A model generated the notes under the pieces. That model made no database searches, was not told the origin of the DNA, and saw only the letters and a list, made by a program, of their open reading frames with translations. The position numbers and the translations under genes are program-made. This document shows, piece after piece, positions 51,151 to 63,110 of a DNA stretch of 64,000 nucleotides. Source of the stretch: Glaucostegus cemiculus. Taxonomy: Eukaryota. Numbering within the stretch: position 1 is the stretch's first letter; each line of letters begins with the position of its first letter. The stretch is from positions 1,178,001-1,242,000 of the forward strand of contig CDPCPM010000148.1 in assembly GCA_976551045.1 (NCBI GenBank), given 5' to 3'.

Positions 51151-52334
51151 ATTGCTGTATTGAAAAAAAATATTCAATAAACGAACAAAACAAAACAAAA
51201 AGCATCACCCAATATTAGTAAATGATTACTAGAATAAAATAAGCGAAAGAAAAAGAACAGTAAAAAAAAAGGTTCAAAACGAGGGATAGACAATCATTCA
51301 ATAGGAGCTTCCAGAAAAATCTGGGCTTCTTCCGAGGATCGACACCATTCTTGCGAGCCGTTTTCAAGTATGATTCTTGTCTTGTCGGGAATCGACGTGA
51401 CGGCTGATACCCTTTCTGATACAGATCCGACATAACCTTTTTGAAATTAACCCGTTCCTTCATAACCTCTGGTGAGTAATGTCAACGATTCTAATTTGAC
51501 AATCTTGGTAATGAAACATGCCTTTCCGACGTGCCTCCCGAATTAGAAGCTTCTTAGTTTGAAAGTCGTGGAGAGAGATGATAATTCATCTGGGTTTAAC
51601 TTGCGTATTAGGTTTGGAAAAAAAAAAACATTCTGTGTGCTCGATTAAACTTAGGCAAAGGTTCTAGAAAAGCAGGGAATAACTTTGCCTAGAATTCCAG
51701 ATGTTTATTACCTTCAGTCTTTTCTGGTAATCCTAGAATTCGAAGATTGGATGATCCGCTCTAGTTTTCTAAATCAATATTCTTCAGCGTTAGTCTTTCG
51801 TGGTCTTCAGCTTTTTTTTTTTACAAAGGTTCTGTAAGTCACCAATTTTCCCATACAAAACCGAAAGAGAGGCTTCGTCCACTTGAAATTGTTCCTCATG
51901 ATCTTCCAGTCTTCTTTGAAAAGAATCGAGTTTCGCAGAAAGTTGTTGAAGCTGCTCGAAAATAGCATCCAGAGTTACAGGACACGCATCTTCCTTAGTG
52001 GTTTTCATAGCCTTGGCATCCCTTGTATTCATAGTAAAATGAAATGAAACCTTTACACCTACTACCAAGAGCGAAAAGGAGGATTTCAAGTCGGGTTGAA
52101 AAGGTTAGATTTAGTGAGAACAGTAGCAAGTAGCTGTTCCTCCATCAACGGCCAGCAGAGACTCCGAATCAATGTCTTCTTGTTTTCCCTGTTTCTGATA
52201 TTGTGGTAAGTTTCCTGAAGTCCACCTGTAGCCCTATTAGCTTTGTATATCTCAGTTACGTCCCCTGTTAACCTCGGCCGTCCAGAGAGAACAGAGCTAG
52301 TTTCTGTTGCCTGTCTTCTCATCTGAAAAGATCC

Positions 52335-52430
52335 ACACCAGCCAACATCCTGGTGACTCTCCTCTGCACCCCGTCTGGAGCTCTCACATCATATCTGCAT
52401 TGTGGCGTCGAGAACTGCACGCAGTTTGCA
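52335..52430 (-). mobile_element. Small CR1 fragment
   Basis: Reverse complement encodes CVQFSTPQCRYDVRAPDGVQRRVTRML, a variant of CVQFWSP..QRRFTRML. Confidence 0.7.
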
Positions 52431-55209
52431 ACAGGAAGGAAGCGGAAGGTGAGTTGTAGCGGAAGGTGAGTTGAGGTGGGCTAACTACAGTCGGGACTGG
52501 AATGGGTGTGTGGCATTGAAATTGCATCAACCGTTATCACACACACCGGAAAACGGAAGGAAACGGCAAAATAAATGAAAACAGTGGATTAAAGCTCTGC
52601 GGCTGTTATTCTGCAGAAAAGAGCAAACAATCGGTTCTTGAACATCGGAAAGTGATAACGTGAATGACAGGAATAATTGTTGTATGAACATGCAGTGGGA
52701 AAAAGGAATTTCTGGGACGGGAGAAAACATTTCGGCAGCAGTTAATGGGCTGGACTAGGCTGATCAACGAACCGTTGGTGATTGGGCCAATATATGCTCT
52801 GCTGACACAAACAGTGACCATTGACTTACTGGAGAAAGAGATAACATTAAAAATATTTACTGAGGAAGCGACCCATATTATACAGGGAGAAAGCAATGAA
52901 AGGGATGATTGGAGATCAGGTATGTTATCCGGAAACACATGCAGCTTAGCTTCAAAATTAGTGAATTAAACTACGAAAACGGTGCGTAGCGAAAAGGAAG
53001 ATGAAAACAAATCTTTGGAAGGGCGTGCAGTGATTTAAAACTAGCTTTTCTTGTGTTGTAAAGCTAGTGGAAATAATTTGATGCATTTGTTGGCCATTAA
53101 GTATAATATAAAAAGAGGTGAGACAGAAATTAGGGAGGCAGAGAGCCACGCCCCGTTTATTGATGAGACAGTACAAGATGTGGATGCTGCTGACACGGGA
53201 AGGACATGGCTCGTGGGCGGAAGCAGGGCGGGTGAAGGCAAATGGAAGAGCGAGGAATAATCTGTTCAAATATCGCCAAACAGCAAGAGTAGATGAGGAA
53301 TGCCAATAAATTGGACTATGTGGTGAAATGCAAACTCCTATGCTATTAATAGCAACCACGAGAGTCTGGGGACACTGGGACGGAAAGACGCATTAAAGAA
53401 CCTTCTTTTTTCCGAAGTAATAGCTGCAGTCCAACGTTTGAAGAGGCACTGGTCAGACCATCCAGTTCATAACAACACAAGGTATCCACTGGGATGAAGT
53501 TATGAACACTCAGCAACCACCGTTTGGCAACCCGCCGTGTGATAGTAAGATTTACAAGTGATCTACACCTGGAGTTGTCATTTGATTTTGACCCAATTAT
53601 TTGGCTGAGTGAACTCCCGGAAATGCGGGAGTTGGGGGAGTGGTAAAGGAAATGAGTGCCCGAACAACGGATTACACAACTACGTGATATATCAAATAAG
53701 TAATTTGAAGAGAAAAAAAACTGCTTTTGGAGGCTAACACGTTGTCCTATGATGTGGGGGAAGGGATATGTGTGAATTTCCTAACGTATGTGGATGATAA
53801 AATGAGCAGCGGTTAAGGGAATTGATGCAATGTAGTAAATATAGTGAGTTTTCCTACATTGTGTCCAGGTAGCTTTATAAGTAGAACATTCCACACTGAA
53901 ATAACATAACTCCCCGGTTCCGAATGAAGGGAAGAGAGGAAACAGAGCGGCTCCGACAGTTGGATGCCCGTGCACTTTATCTGCAGGCGACTGGAAGTCA
54001 ACTGTGGTCATACTGTTCTTCAGTGAGGGGTTGGGAAGTAAAGGCCGAATAATCACTGAGCAAGTTGTCTCTGGTCAGCGGTAGGGAAATATTAGAGAGA
54101 TCGGCGATTCAAGTGGACGCAGGCTGATGAAGTACAACACGCAGGAGGTTATAAAGCGAACACTGCAGAATATTTCCACTGGGTCAGTTGTAGGTTACCT
54201 GATTCCTCCAGCCAGTCTGGAAGAGACAACTCGGGAAGAGGTCATTCAGCTAACCAAGTCCGCGCAGAAGCGAATTGTCTATTATAATACGCATCGTATA
54301 CTGACCCATTTCATTGTCCCCACGATCTCACCAAAGCCAGCGCTATCCCGATTCTAAAACACGACCGCAAAAGATGTGCAATTTATAGTCGCCAATTCCC
54401 CAGGCAAGTCAAAATTCCTCAACGTTTTTGGGATGTGAAAGAACAGTAGCCCTGGAGCAAAGTTACCCAATCACAAGAAGAATGTGCAACTCCACATAAA
54501 GATCACTTCTGATCAGATGAACTCCGGACGGGATGGTCCTGTGCTCCAGCGGCTCTGTTAGGTTGCGCCACGGTGAGGTGATATATTCATTCTGACATTT
54601 ATAGTTGTGACGGTTTTCTTTATTGTTGGCGCGAGCGACGTGCCAGCCCTGCTCAATGATGTTATGGCGTCATGTGGGTTTAAGGAACCTTTTTGTTATT
54701 CTGAGTTGCATGTTGTCCCTGGGGAACATTTTGGGATCTAATACAGTCGGGGCATTCTCTCTGTCGGTTGCTTCACGTTAAGTAATTCCTGGCTCCGCGG
54801 ATCGTTCGGAAGAAGAATATCATCTCATGTCTCGACCGTCTCTTGAAGCAGTGCTCATTGGAAGCTGGCCGTGGGGAGACGCAGCACAATTTCGTATGTT
54901 TACGTGGTCGCAACTCACAAAATCTAAACAGCTTTTGTGCCATGTGGATGATTATGACGCGTCTGAGGTGATATTTAATTCAAGGTGCCCCGTGGTTCTG
55001 TGTTGGATGTTTCTGAAGCCTTTTAAAGGTGAATATCATTGGTAACTCTTTATACAACTGAGATATTTCATTGACATTGAGGTGTCATTTCTATAAGATT
55101 TTGGACTGATGAAATCACCCAAGGTGTTGGACTTTTTTCGCTTCATGACCTTGGGAATCTATATTGCAGCAAAGTTTATTCGAATATGAAGTCAGCGTGT
55201 TTCCTTCGA

Positions 55210-55520
55210 AGGAGAAAACGCTGTAAGTCTACAGTAACGCTGCGTTTCTCCTTCTTAGTGGGAGTGGCCGCGGGTCTGGGAGTGGCGTCAGGGAATCCGG
55301 GCAAGTAATTGCATTGCATTATTTGGATGTAATACATTGCATCCACAGTGCAATGCCGGTGGAGGAGTTGATGAATAGTGTGCAAGTAGAGCGAAAATGC
55401 AACATCATCTTATTTCCACTGAACTGCTTACAAGTTGCCAGAACAGCACATATCTGTACTACAGCCATCACACTCCTGACTTGTGCCTTTTGGACGGCGT
55501 TATGTTCTTGTGACAGAAGC
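55210..55520 (-). mobile_element. Old non-LTR retrotransposon fragment (same family as 56340-57045)
   Basis: VQKAQVRSVM matches the IYNSQVMNVME segment of the intronic copy. Confidence 0.6.
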
Positions 55521-55876
55521 AAGAAAATCACACACATGTGGACACACCGTCGTCTGGATAAAGTCGGACCGGAAAATCCCTGCGGCAGTTTCACATAAGT
55601 TGCTCAGGTGCTCCAGATTTACTTCCCGCTGTTTCAGAGTTGTTCACTCAATTATGTCCAGCTGCTCCTTTTCACTGAGTGTCCAAGGGTCAACTACACC
55701 TGTTAGTTCATTGGGTTTCAATGAAGTCAACCTCCACGGGGTCTGATTGTGTCATGAGACTGTGTGGCTTCAATAATTAATGAGAGTTGCCTTCAGTGAT
55801 GTGGTTCAGTGTCAGTGAGAACAGATCCATCGGCACTGAGAGAGATCCGCGGATCCGGCAGACGGAGAGGGGAAGA

Positions 55877-58800
55877 ATGGATCTGGAAAGAGTAGAGAGT
55901 AACGGTACAAGGATGGATCAGACTCTGGGAGCAGTTCAGTGGGACGTTGCACCAGTGGATCGGCAGCAGGAAACAGACTGGGATTTTACAGGAATGGGGC
56001 GGAATGGGGATGTTCACCTGAAGACTCATGAATCGTGCTTGGCACCGTTATCAGTGCGGATCTATTATGTACTCGTGGCATTTTCGCCGATTTATTACCC
56101 TATCCTCGCTATTGTTGCAGTCCCTGGTAAGTGTAAGTCTCTGCAGACAACTGTTTCCAGCGTTAACTATATTATTGTCTTAGCTGTAATTTGATCTGCT
56201 TGCGAAAAGTCTGTGTCTCGAGTTGTACAAAACATAGCAGGTGTGGCTGAAGTAGTCAGTCATGAAGACAAAAATCCTTACTTTCTGCATTTCGTTACTC
56301 GATAACTCTGGCTGGAATATGGAAGAGGATTCGAACCCAAAATGCAAGGCATTTTCTCCAACACGACACAACCCAACTCTCGCCGCTTGACATTGAAAGG
56401 CATCACCTTCACTAAAATTGATTGAGCAGAGACTAAACTGGAGTAGCCATATAGACAATTGGTTACAAGAGCAGGAGCAGGTCGCTCAGGTCAAGAGTAC
56501 TTCAAGAGCAGTCGCTCATCTTCTAATTACCCAAAGACATCCCGTCATTTACAACTCTCAAGTGATGAATGTAATGGAACAACTTCCACCGGTGCATGAG
56601 CGCAGCATCAACAACACTTTGGAAGCTCGATACCACACAAGAAACAGCAGCCCGCCTGATATGCACCTCCGTCACATGCATCCATTCCCGCCAATAATGA
56701 CGGAGATTATCAGCAGTTTGTACTATCCGTAGGATGTGATGCAGCAACTCACCAAGACTCCTGAGACTCTACCTTCCAAATCCACAATCTCCAGCAGGTA
56801 GAAAGGAAAGGGCAGGAAATGCACGGGTCACCGACATCTCGAAATTGCCCTCCGAGCCACACACCATACTGATACGGAAGTGTATCTCTGTTAATTCATC
56901 GATGTTGTGTAAATGTTATGGAAATTCCTTCCTAAGGGCGTTGTGAGTACACTTACATCACAAGAACTTCAGTGGTTAAAGAAGTAAGATGACCACTAAC
57001 TTCTCAAGCGGAATAAGGAAAGGTAATTAAATGTCAGCTCTTCCTGAAAAGCCGACGGCACTTGCATAAACTAAAAGAAAACATGGTCGGTTAACGTTTG
57101 GCAGGCAAGTGAAAACGGTGGAAATGTTCAGCGTCATAGGGAACGACTGCAGGAAAGAGATAACAGCATTCTCACAGGTATACGAACACAGAGCTGAAGC
57201 GGAATAGGAACGAAAAGCAACAGACATAAATTTTAAGACAAACTGGGACAGAAATGAACCTTGAGTGTGTAACTGGATGAAGGATAGATTTGCTCAAATT
57301 ATGTAAATCTTGATTATATAAGCTGGGGAGTGGACAGAAATGGCTTGGAAGGAACATCAGTTGAGACAGCGGTGGTACAACTGGGAACGCATGAAATCAG
57401 AAGCCAGAACCTGATGTAAGCCAAGGTCACAAGACAATTTTCAGCAGCAGAAATCTGATTAGATTGCCCCAAACATACCCAGGGCTGATGGCAAGAACAT
57501 CAGCCGATTGGCCCTTTACTAAACTATGGTACAGGGCAATCAATAGGGACACGAATCGTTCGGACACTCCCGTACTATGCAGTGATCAGTAGGACCAAAC
57601 GTGGATGATACACATACAGATCAGACTGGGACACAACCTGTTTGTGAACCTCCGGAGATCAGGTGCCACTGTTTTACTGTCTGACCTTTAACGTGTGCAT
57701 TTATCCCGGTGCGGTGGCTGCCTGAACAGCTGGAAAGTACACTGCTGGCAGATGAATTCGACATCACGGATTACAACTGATGTACGAGCGCAAAGGTGAA
57801 TCCTGCGTGGTAACAGGTGTGTGAAGGAAAAGACGTGGGTTAATTGCACTAATGGGAGGTCGCTGAGAGTGGATGTGGACATGTGGGCCATGCCTCACCC
57901 AGAACGTAAAACGTTCCCCAGTTACAATACATCGAACCGTAACTCAATGTAGGAACAACTTGATTTTGTTCTCAGTAAATACAACGATGCTCCCTGCCAG
58001 TTGTGTAATTTTGTATTCTTCCCTTGTTCACAGTGAACGTGCTGAAGATTGTGGTCCTGTCCCCGGGGAAGTGCGGTCTCTCCAAGGGTGTTACATGCTA
58101 CCTGTTGGCCATGACAGCGGCGGATCTACTAGTCGTTTTCCTGGACGTGATATTGAGGAAGATACCGACAGCTTTTTCGGATATTTTCGCCTTTCTCTAT
58201 TACGTCCGCGTGTGCAGAACCCACGCGTTCCTGCTTTACGCCGCCACCGACTGTTCTGTCTGGTTCACCGTCACTTTTACCTTTGATCGATACGTGGCCA
58301 TTTCCTGCCACAATTTGAAAAAGAGATACTGTACCGAGAAAACTGCGGCTGTGGTTCTGGGGACTGTGACTGGGCTGAGCTGTCTAAAGAAAATTTTCTG
58401 GTATTTCATGGTCCAAGACACTTATAAGGCGTCTAATGTCCGATGGATTTGTGTTCTAAAATTCGGTTTGCTAACTTCTGTCACCTGGGTGGTGATAGAG
58501 ACCGTCCGTTCCGCCCTGACCACTGTGATCCCGTTTGTCTTGATTGTTCTGTTCAATGCATTAACAATCAGGCACGTGTTGTTGGCCAGCAGAGCCCGCA
58601 GGAGACTCCGTGGTCCCAGCAATGGGGAGAATCCCAGAGCTCCGGAGATGTAGAGCCGCAGGAAAGCCATCGTTTTACTGCTGGTCGTCTCGGGGAATTT
58701 CATCCTGTTGTGGGCGTTGTACGCCGTGACTGCCGTATGGAACAGGATTATTTACGTCATAAGAATAAACACGGTGCATCTACCTGTTTTTCTCACCGAG

Positions 58801-59151
58801 CTACGCTACATGCTGAAACTGTTGAGCTGCTGCACAAACACTGCTCTTTATGCAGTCACCCAGACTAAGTTCAGGGAGCAGCTGAAGGAACTGGTGAAAT
58901 CCTCTCTGACTCTGTTTGAAATGGAGACTGCTCTGGGAGAAGGGGAAGAAATCACAGTGGTGGCCCAGGCGATCCGGCTCCCTTACCCACACTTGAGGGT
59001 CCGTGCAGTGCCAATGACGTCTGGATTATCTGACTCCTGTTCCATCACCTTATGTTTCATCAGATCATATCTCTCATTCTGCTCCGATGCTGTCTTTTGC
59101 GACTTTATCATTTGCAATCTGTACCACTATTCAGATTGCTCCAGCATCTGA
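55877..59151 (+). pseudogene. GPR139-like GPCR copy E (exon 1 55877-56126; exon 2 58034-59151) with a single in-frame TAG at 58651
   Basis: Long N-terminus ending ...SPIYYPILAIVAVP followed by G|GTAAGT; acceptor CACAG|TGAAC. Exon 2 reads VNVLKIVVLSPGKCGLSKGVTCYLLAMTAAD, FTFDRYVAISC, APEM*SRRKAIVLL, LLSCCTNTALYAVTQTKFR, with the same frame on both sides of the stop. Confidence 0.92.
56340..57045 (+). mobile_element. Old non-LTR retrotransposon 3' end in the intron of copy E
   Basis: IEQRLNWSSHID..IYNSQVMNVMEQLP is an RT C-terminal-like sequence, followed by a 3' UTR. Clade not determined. Confidence 0.65.
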
Positions 59152-60096
59152 AGCTCGCAAAGTCGTTGAAGATCTTTAGCCTTTCCGGCCCGTAGAGTGC
59201 TCGGTAAAATTAAACACCAAAAGTAAATAAAGAGTTTCAAACCAACCGAACGCTGCTGACTCGTAAGATCTCCGAATTTAATGCAACAACTTGCTGTCAA
59301 TGTCGAACAAACAAATACAACATGGCAGAAACTGAAGATCATACAGCCATACACAGGACGGTTATAATATTTTGTATCTTCTCGACTGAGAAGCAGATGG
59401 AACAGTTAGCGCAAATCAAATATCTCACTTTAATAATATCAAACATAAGTCACTTCTATGTGATCCCAAACTTCAGAGCGGGAAAAAGTAACAGGCCAAA
59501 AGCAACTGAATTAACATTAATGATGAAATGTTCAGTAATATTGCAACTCACTGACATTGAACGTCTCAACGGTGTCATGGACACTTGACGTCTTGATAAA
59601 TACAACACTGCAGATCCATTAAAATAATAATTACTCCCGGTAATAAATTCTCCAAATGAACGGAGCTCTCCGGATGTAATGATCACTTGAACTAACATTA
59701 GTCAAACGGCCACCTCAAAATTGCAAGTCAAAACATCAACCATTCGAAACTTGCATTAGCTCAGATATTGTGGCTCAAATGGCAGAAAGCTTCAGGACCA
59801 AGTGGCACCGGAAATTGTTATATCCCTTCACAGTCATCAACAACCTCAGAATTTTTGAGTATTTCGACCCATTATACATTTTCCTCATAAACATACAGTC
59901 GGACTTCCATATCTGTGACACGCAAAACTTCAGAATAACACATTTGAAGGGGATGTATCGCCATGATGTCTTACACCGATGTATAACCATAATATACCTT
60001 TATGAAAACATAAAATGAATAGAGATACGCAGCGGTATAAAGGGTTCCGAAACGTCAATGCTGAAGCGTTAGCTCAGACTGCACTCTCTCGCGAAA

Positions 60097-60367
60097 TAAG
60101 ACAAGATAAGATAACTTTATTAGTCATGTGTACATCGAAACACACAGAGAACTGAATCTTTCAATGGACAGCCATGATATGTTGTCCCGCACCCTGCGCC
60201 AACATTGCATGCCCACAAGTTTCTACCATTAAGTCTTTTTTAATGTGGGAGTACACCGGAGCACCCGGAGGAAACCCACGCAAGCACGGCGAGAAGATGC
60301 AAACGGAATTGAACCCGTGTCGTTGGCGCTGTTGTAGTGTTACGCTATCCGTTACACTAGGGCGCCT
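60097..60367 (-). mobile_element. V-SINE, reverse orientation
   Basis: CCGGAGCACCCGGAGGAAACCCACGCA is the reverse complement of the V-domain. GGAATTGAACC is a B box. (AAGAT)n tail. Confidence 0.85.
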
Positions 60368-61029
60368 TCCCTGTAATAAAACAAGATTTTCGTCTCATTA
60401 TAACAATGTTAGCAGGGAGAAATATCACCACAAAATAATAGGAAACTTCAATGTTAAACTGCCAGAAGTAACAGGTTTCTGCAGACTGACAGTATCCCAT
60501 CGCACAGCATCTCATCTCAGCCCGTGGAACTGCTGAAAGTCATACATAACCTGCACAATTTTGTCACATCAGACCATTTTATACTGTCTAACGGTAACAA
60601 ATGCCCTGTTATGTCATCAAATTATTTGAAATTCACAACCGCAGCCCCGCCAAAGTCATCAAAGTCAGCGGGCAAATCAAACGGGGCAAAGAGCAAAAAC
60701 AAACAAATCAATTCATCGAAACATAGAAATTGGGAAGCAAAGTAATGCAGAAAATTAAACAAAAAGATCCGATCAACGTCCTCACATAGGCCCTGCACCA
60801 CTGGTCCAGGAGGATTTCCTAATTATGGAGCACCTCTGGCAGACAGAGACCACAGCAATAACATAACATCGTGGACACATAAAACAAGACCAACAATACT
60901 CGGGCTCGGATATAATACGCTCGCTCAGATGGTAAAGTAACTCGGGTACAAGAGGACAACAAAATCGGCCAACGGTGTAAAATTACTAAGCATGCCCAAA
61001 AACCAATAAAAATGTAAGAGAATACTAAA

Positions 61030-62915
61030 AAAAAGGAAATCAGGAAAGGAAAAAGAAGACATGAGATTGCATTGGCAGATGAAGTGAAGGTGAACCCGAA
61101 GTGTTTCTTCAAGTATATGAAGCGTAAAAGGATAGGAAGGGACAAAATTTGTCTCCCAGAAAATCAGAGTGGCCGTCTATGTCTGAAGCCTCAGGAGATG
61201 GGGGGTATCTCAACCATTTTTATTTTACATGGGCATTTATTCAGGAAACAGGCATAGAGGATATGGAAGGAAGGGAAACAAGCAGTAGTGTCACGGGAAC
61301 ATACAGAGATTAAAGAGCAGGAGGTGCTTGCTGCCTTACAGAGAATAAAGGGAGATAAATGTCCCAGGCCTGCGAAATATTTCCTTCGGATCTTACGGGA
61401 GACTAGTGCAGAATTTGCAGGGCCCCTGGCAGATATATTTAAAATATCCTTAGCCACAGGTTCGGTGCCGGAGGACTGGTGGGTAAATCATGTAGTTCCG
61501 TTGTTTAAAAAAGGCTCTAAAGGTAAACCAGGAAATTACAGGCCGGTGAGCCTGACGTCAGCAGTTGGTAAATTATTGAAGGTGTTCTGAGAGATCGCAT
61601 ATAAAAGTAATTGGACAGCCAAGAGCTGATTAAGGAGAGTCAGCTTGGATTTGTGCGTGGTAGATCATATTTAACCGATCTTGGAGAGTTTTTTGAGGAG
61701 GTTACCAGGAAAGTAGATGAAGGAAAGGCTGTGGATGTTGTCCACGTGCACTTCAGAATGGTCTTTGACAGGGTCCCACATGGGAGGTTAATTCAGACGA
61801 TTCAGACACTAAGTATCCATGGAGAGGTTGTGAACTGGATTCGAAATTGGCTGTGTGGCAGAAGACAGAGAGTGGTAGCGGATGATCGTTTTTCACAATG
61901 GAGGCATTTGACAAGTGGTGCCCCTCAGGGATCTGTGCTGGGGACATTTTTGCCCTTTGTCAGTATCAATGATTCTGATGATAACGTGGTAAATTGGATC
62001 AGCAGGTTTGCTGCTGACACTAAGATTGGAGGCATAGTGCTTTCAAAAGTAGTAGAGGGATCTGAACCAACTGGTAGAATGGGCCAGAAAATGACAGATG
62101 GAAATTAATGCAGACAAGTGTCAGGTGTTGCATTTTGGAAGGACAAATCAAGGTAGGACATACACAGTAAATGTTAGGGCACTGAAGAGTGCGGAGGAAC
62201 AAAGAGACCTGGGAGTTCAGACACATGATTCCCTGAGAGTGTCGTCACAGACAGTCAGGGTTTTAAAAAAGGTTTTTGCCATCCTGACATTCAAACATCT
62301 AAGTATTTAGTACAGGAGTTGGGATATCATGGCGAGGTTGTATAAGTCATTAATGAGGACAAATTTAGAATATTGTGTGCAGTTCTGGTCACCTAACCAT
62401 AGGAAAGATATCAATAAGATTGAAAGAGTGCAGAGGAGATTTGCTAAAATGTTGCTCGTTCATCACGAGTTCAGTTACAGGGAATGATTGAACAGGTTAG
62501 GACTTTATTCCTTGGAGTTCAGAAGAATTAGGAGTGATTTGTTAGAAGTTTACAAAATTATGAGGGGCAAGGACAGAATTAATGCGAGTAGGCTCTTTCC
62601 ACCGAGAATAGGGGAGATACGTACGAGAGGACATGGCTTTAATTTGAAAGGGGATAGGATTAAGTGGAACATTAGGAGGAACTTCTTCACTCAAAGCGTG
62701 TAGGAGTGAGTAACGGGCTGTCTTCTGATGCAGTAAATGCGGGCTCACTCTCCAGTCTTATGAATAAATCGGATGGAAACATGTACGGGAGAGGTTTGGA
62801 GGGTTATGGACCAGGGGCAGGAAAGTAGGACTATCCGAATGGCGTTGAGACACTGACTAGGAGGGTCGAATGGCCTGCTTTCTGTGCTGCGGGGTTCTGT
62901 AGTTCTATGGTTCTA
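61030..62915 (+). mobile_element. CR1 LINE ORF2 3' half
   Basis: VPEDWWVNHVVPLFKKG..NYRPVSLTS, GAPQGSVLG, FAADTKIGG and a (TTCTATGG)-type tail. Similar to the minus-strand copy at 34755-37380. Confidence 0.93.
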
Positions 62916-63034
62916 ACCTCGATTTTGTACAACCCTCGAGGGCCGCAAAATATATGTCTCAGATTTTTAAATGACAACACAACAAATCAATCTGTCAATT
63001 CAAAGTTGACGTGTTCCAAATAAGTAGTGTCAGA

Positions 63035-63110
63035 GAGAAAAATAGCACTGATACAGGACATTCGGCCGAACCAGTCCATGTCATCAACGGTGCTCACCCA
63101 CGTCGTTCCA
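63035..63110 (-). mobile_element. Short CR1-like tail fragment
   Basis: ATAGCACTGATACAGGACATTCGGCC resembles the reverse-complemented CR1 tail. Confidence 0.45.

Larger units (their letters stand above)
42185..52150 (-). mobile_element. Near full-length L1/Tx1-type LINE, split by two CR1 insertions
   Basis: ORF1 remnant at 51200-52090. Endonuclease at about 45450-46110. RT motifs PNSLLNVDVNILSKVLA, SPLLFDLALEP and SLHAADLL. C-terminal CDKC..C zinc knuckle. T-rich tail near 42185-42215. Confidence 0.88.

Noticed and set aside
50644-51198. Stand-alone SGNH/GDSL esterase gene
   Set aside because: It is the known esterase domain of CR1 ORF1, directly upstream of ORF2; the same domain occurs at about 29140-29560.
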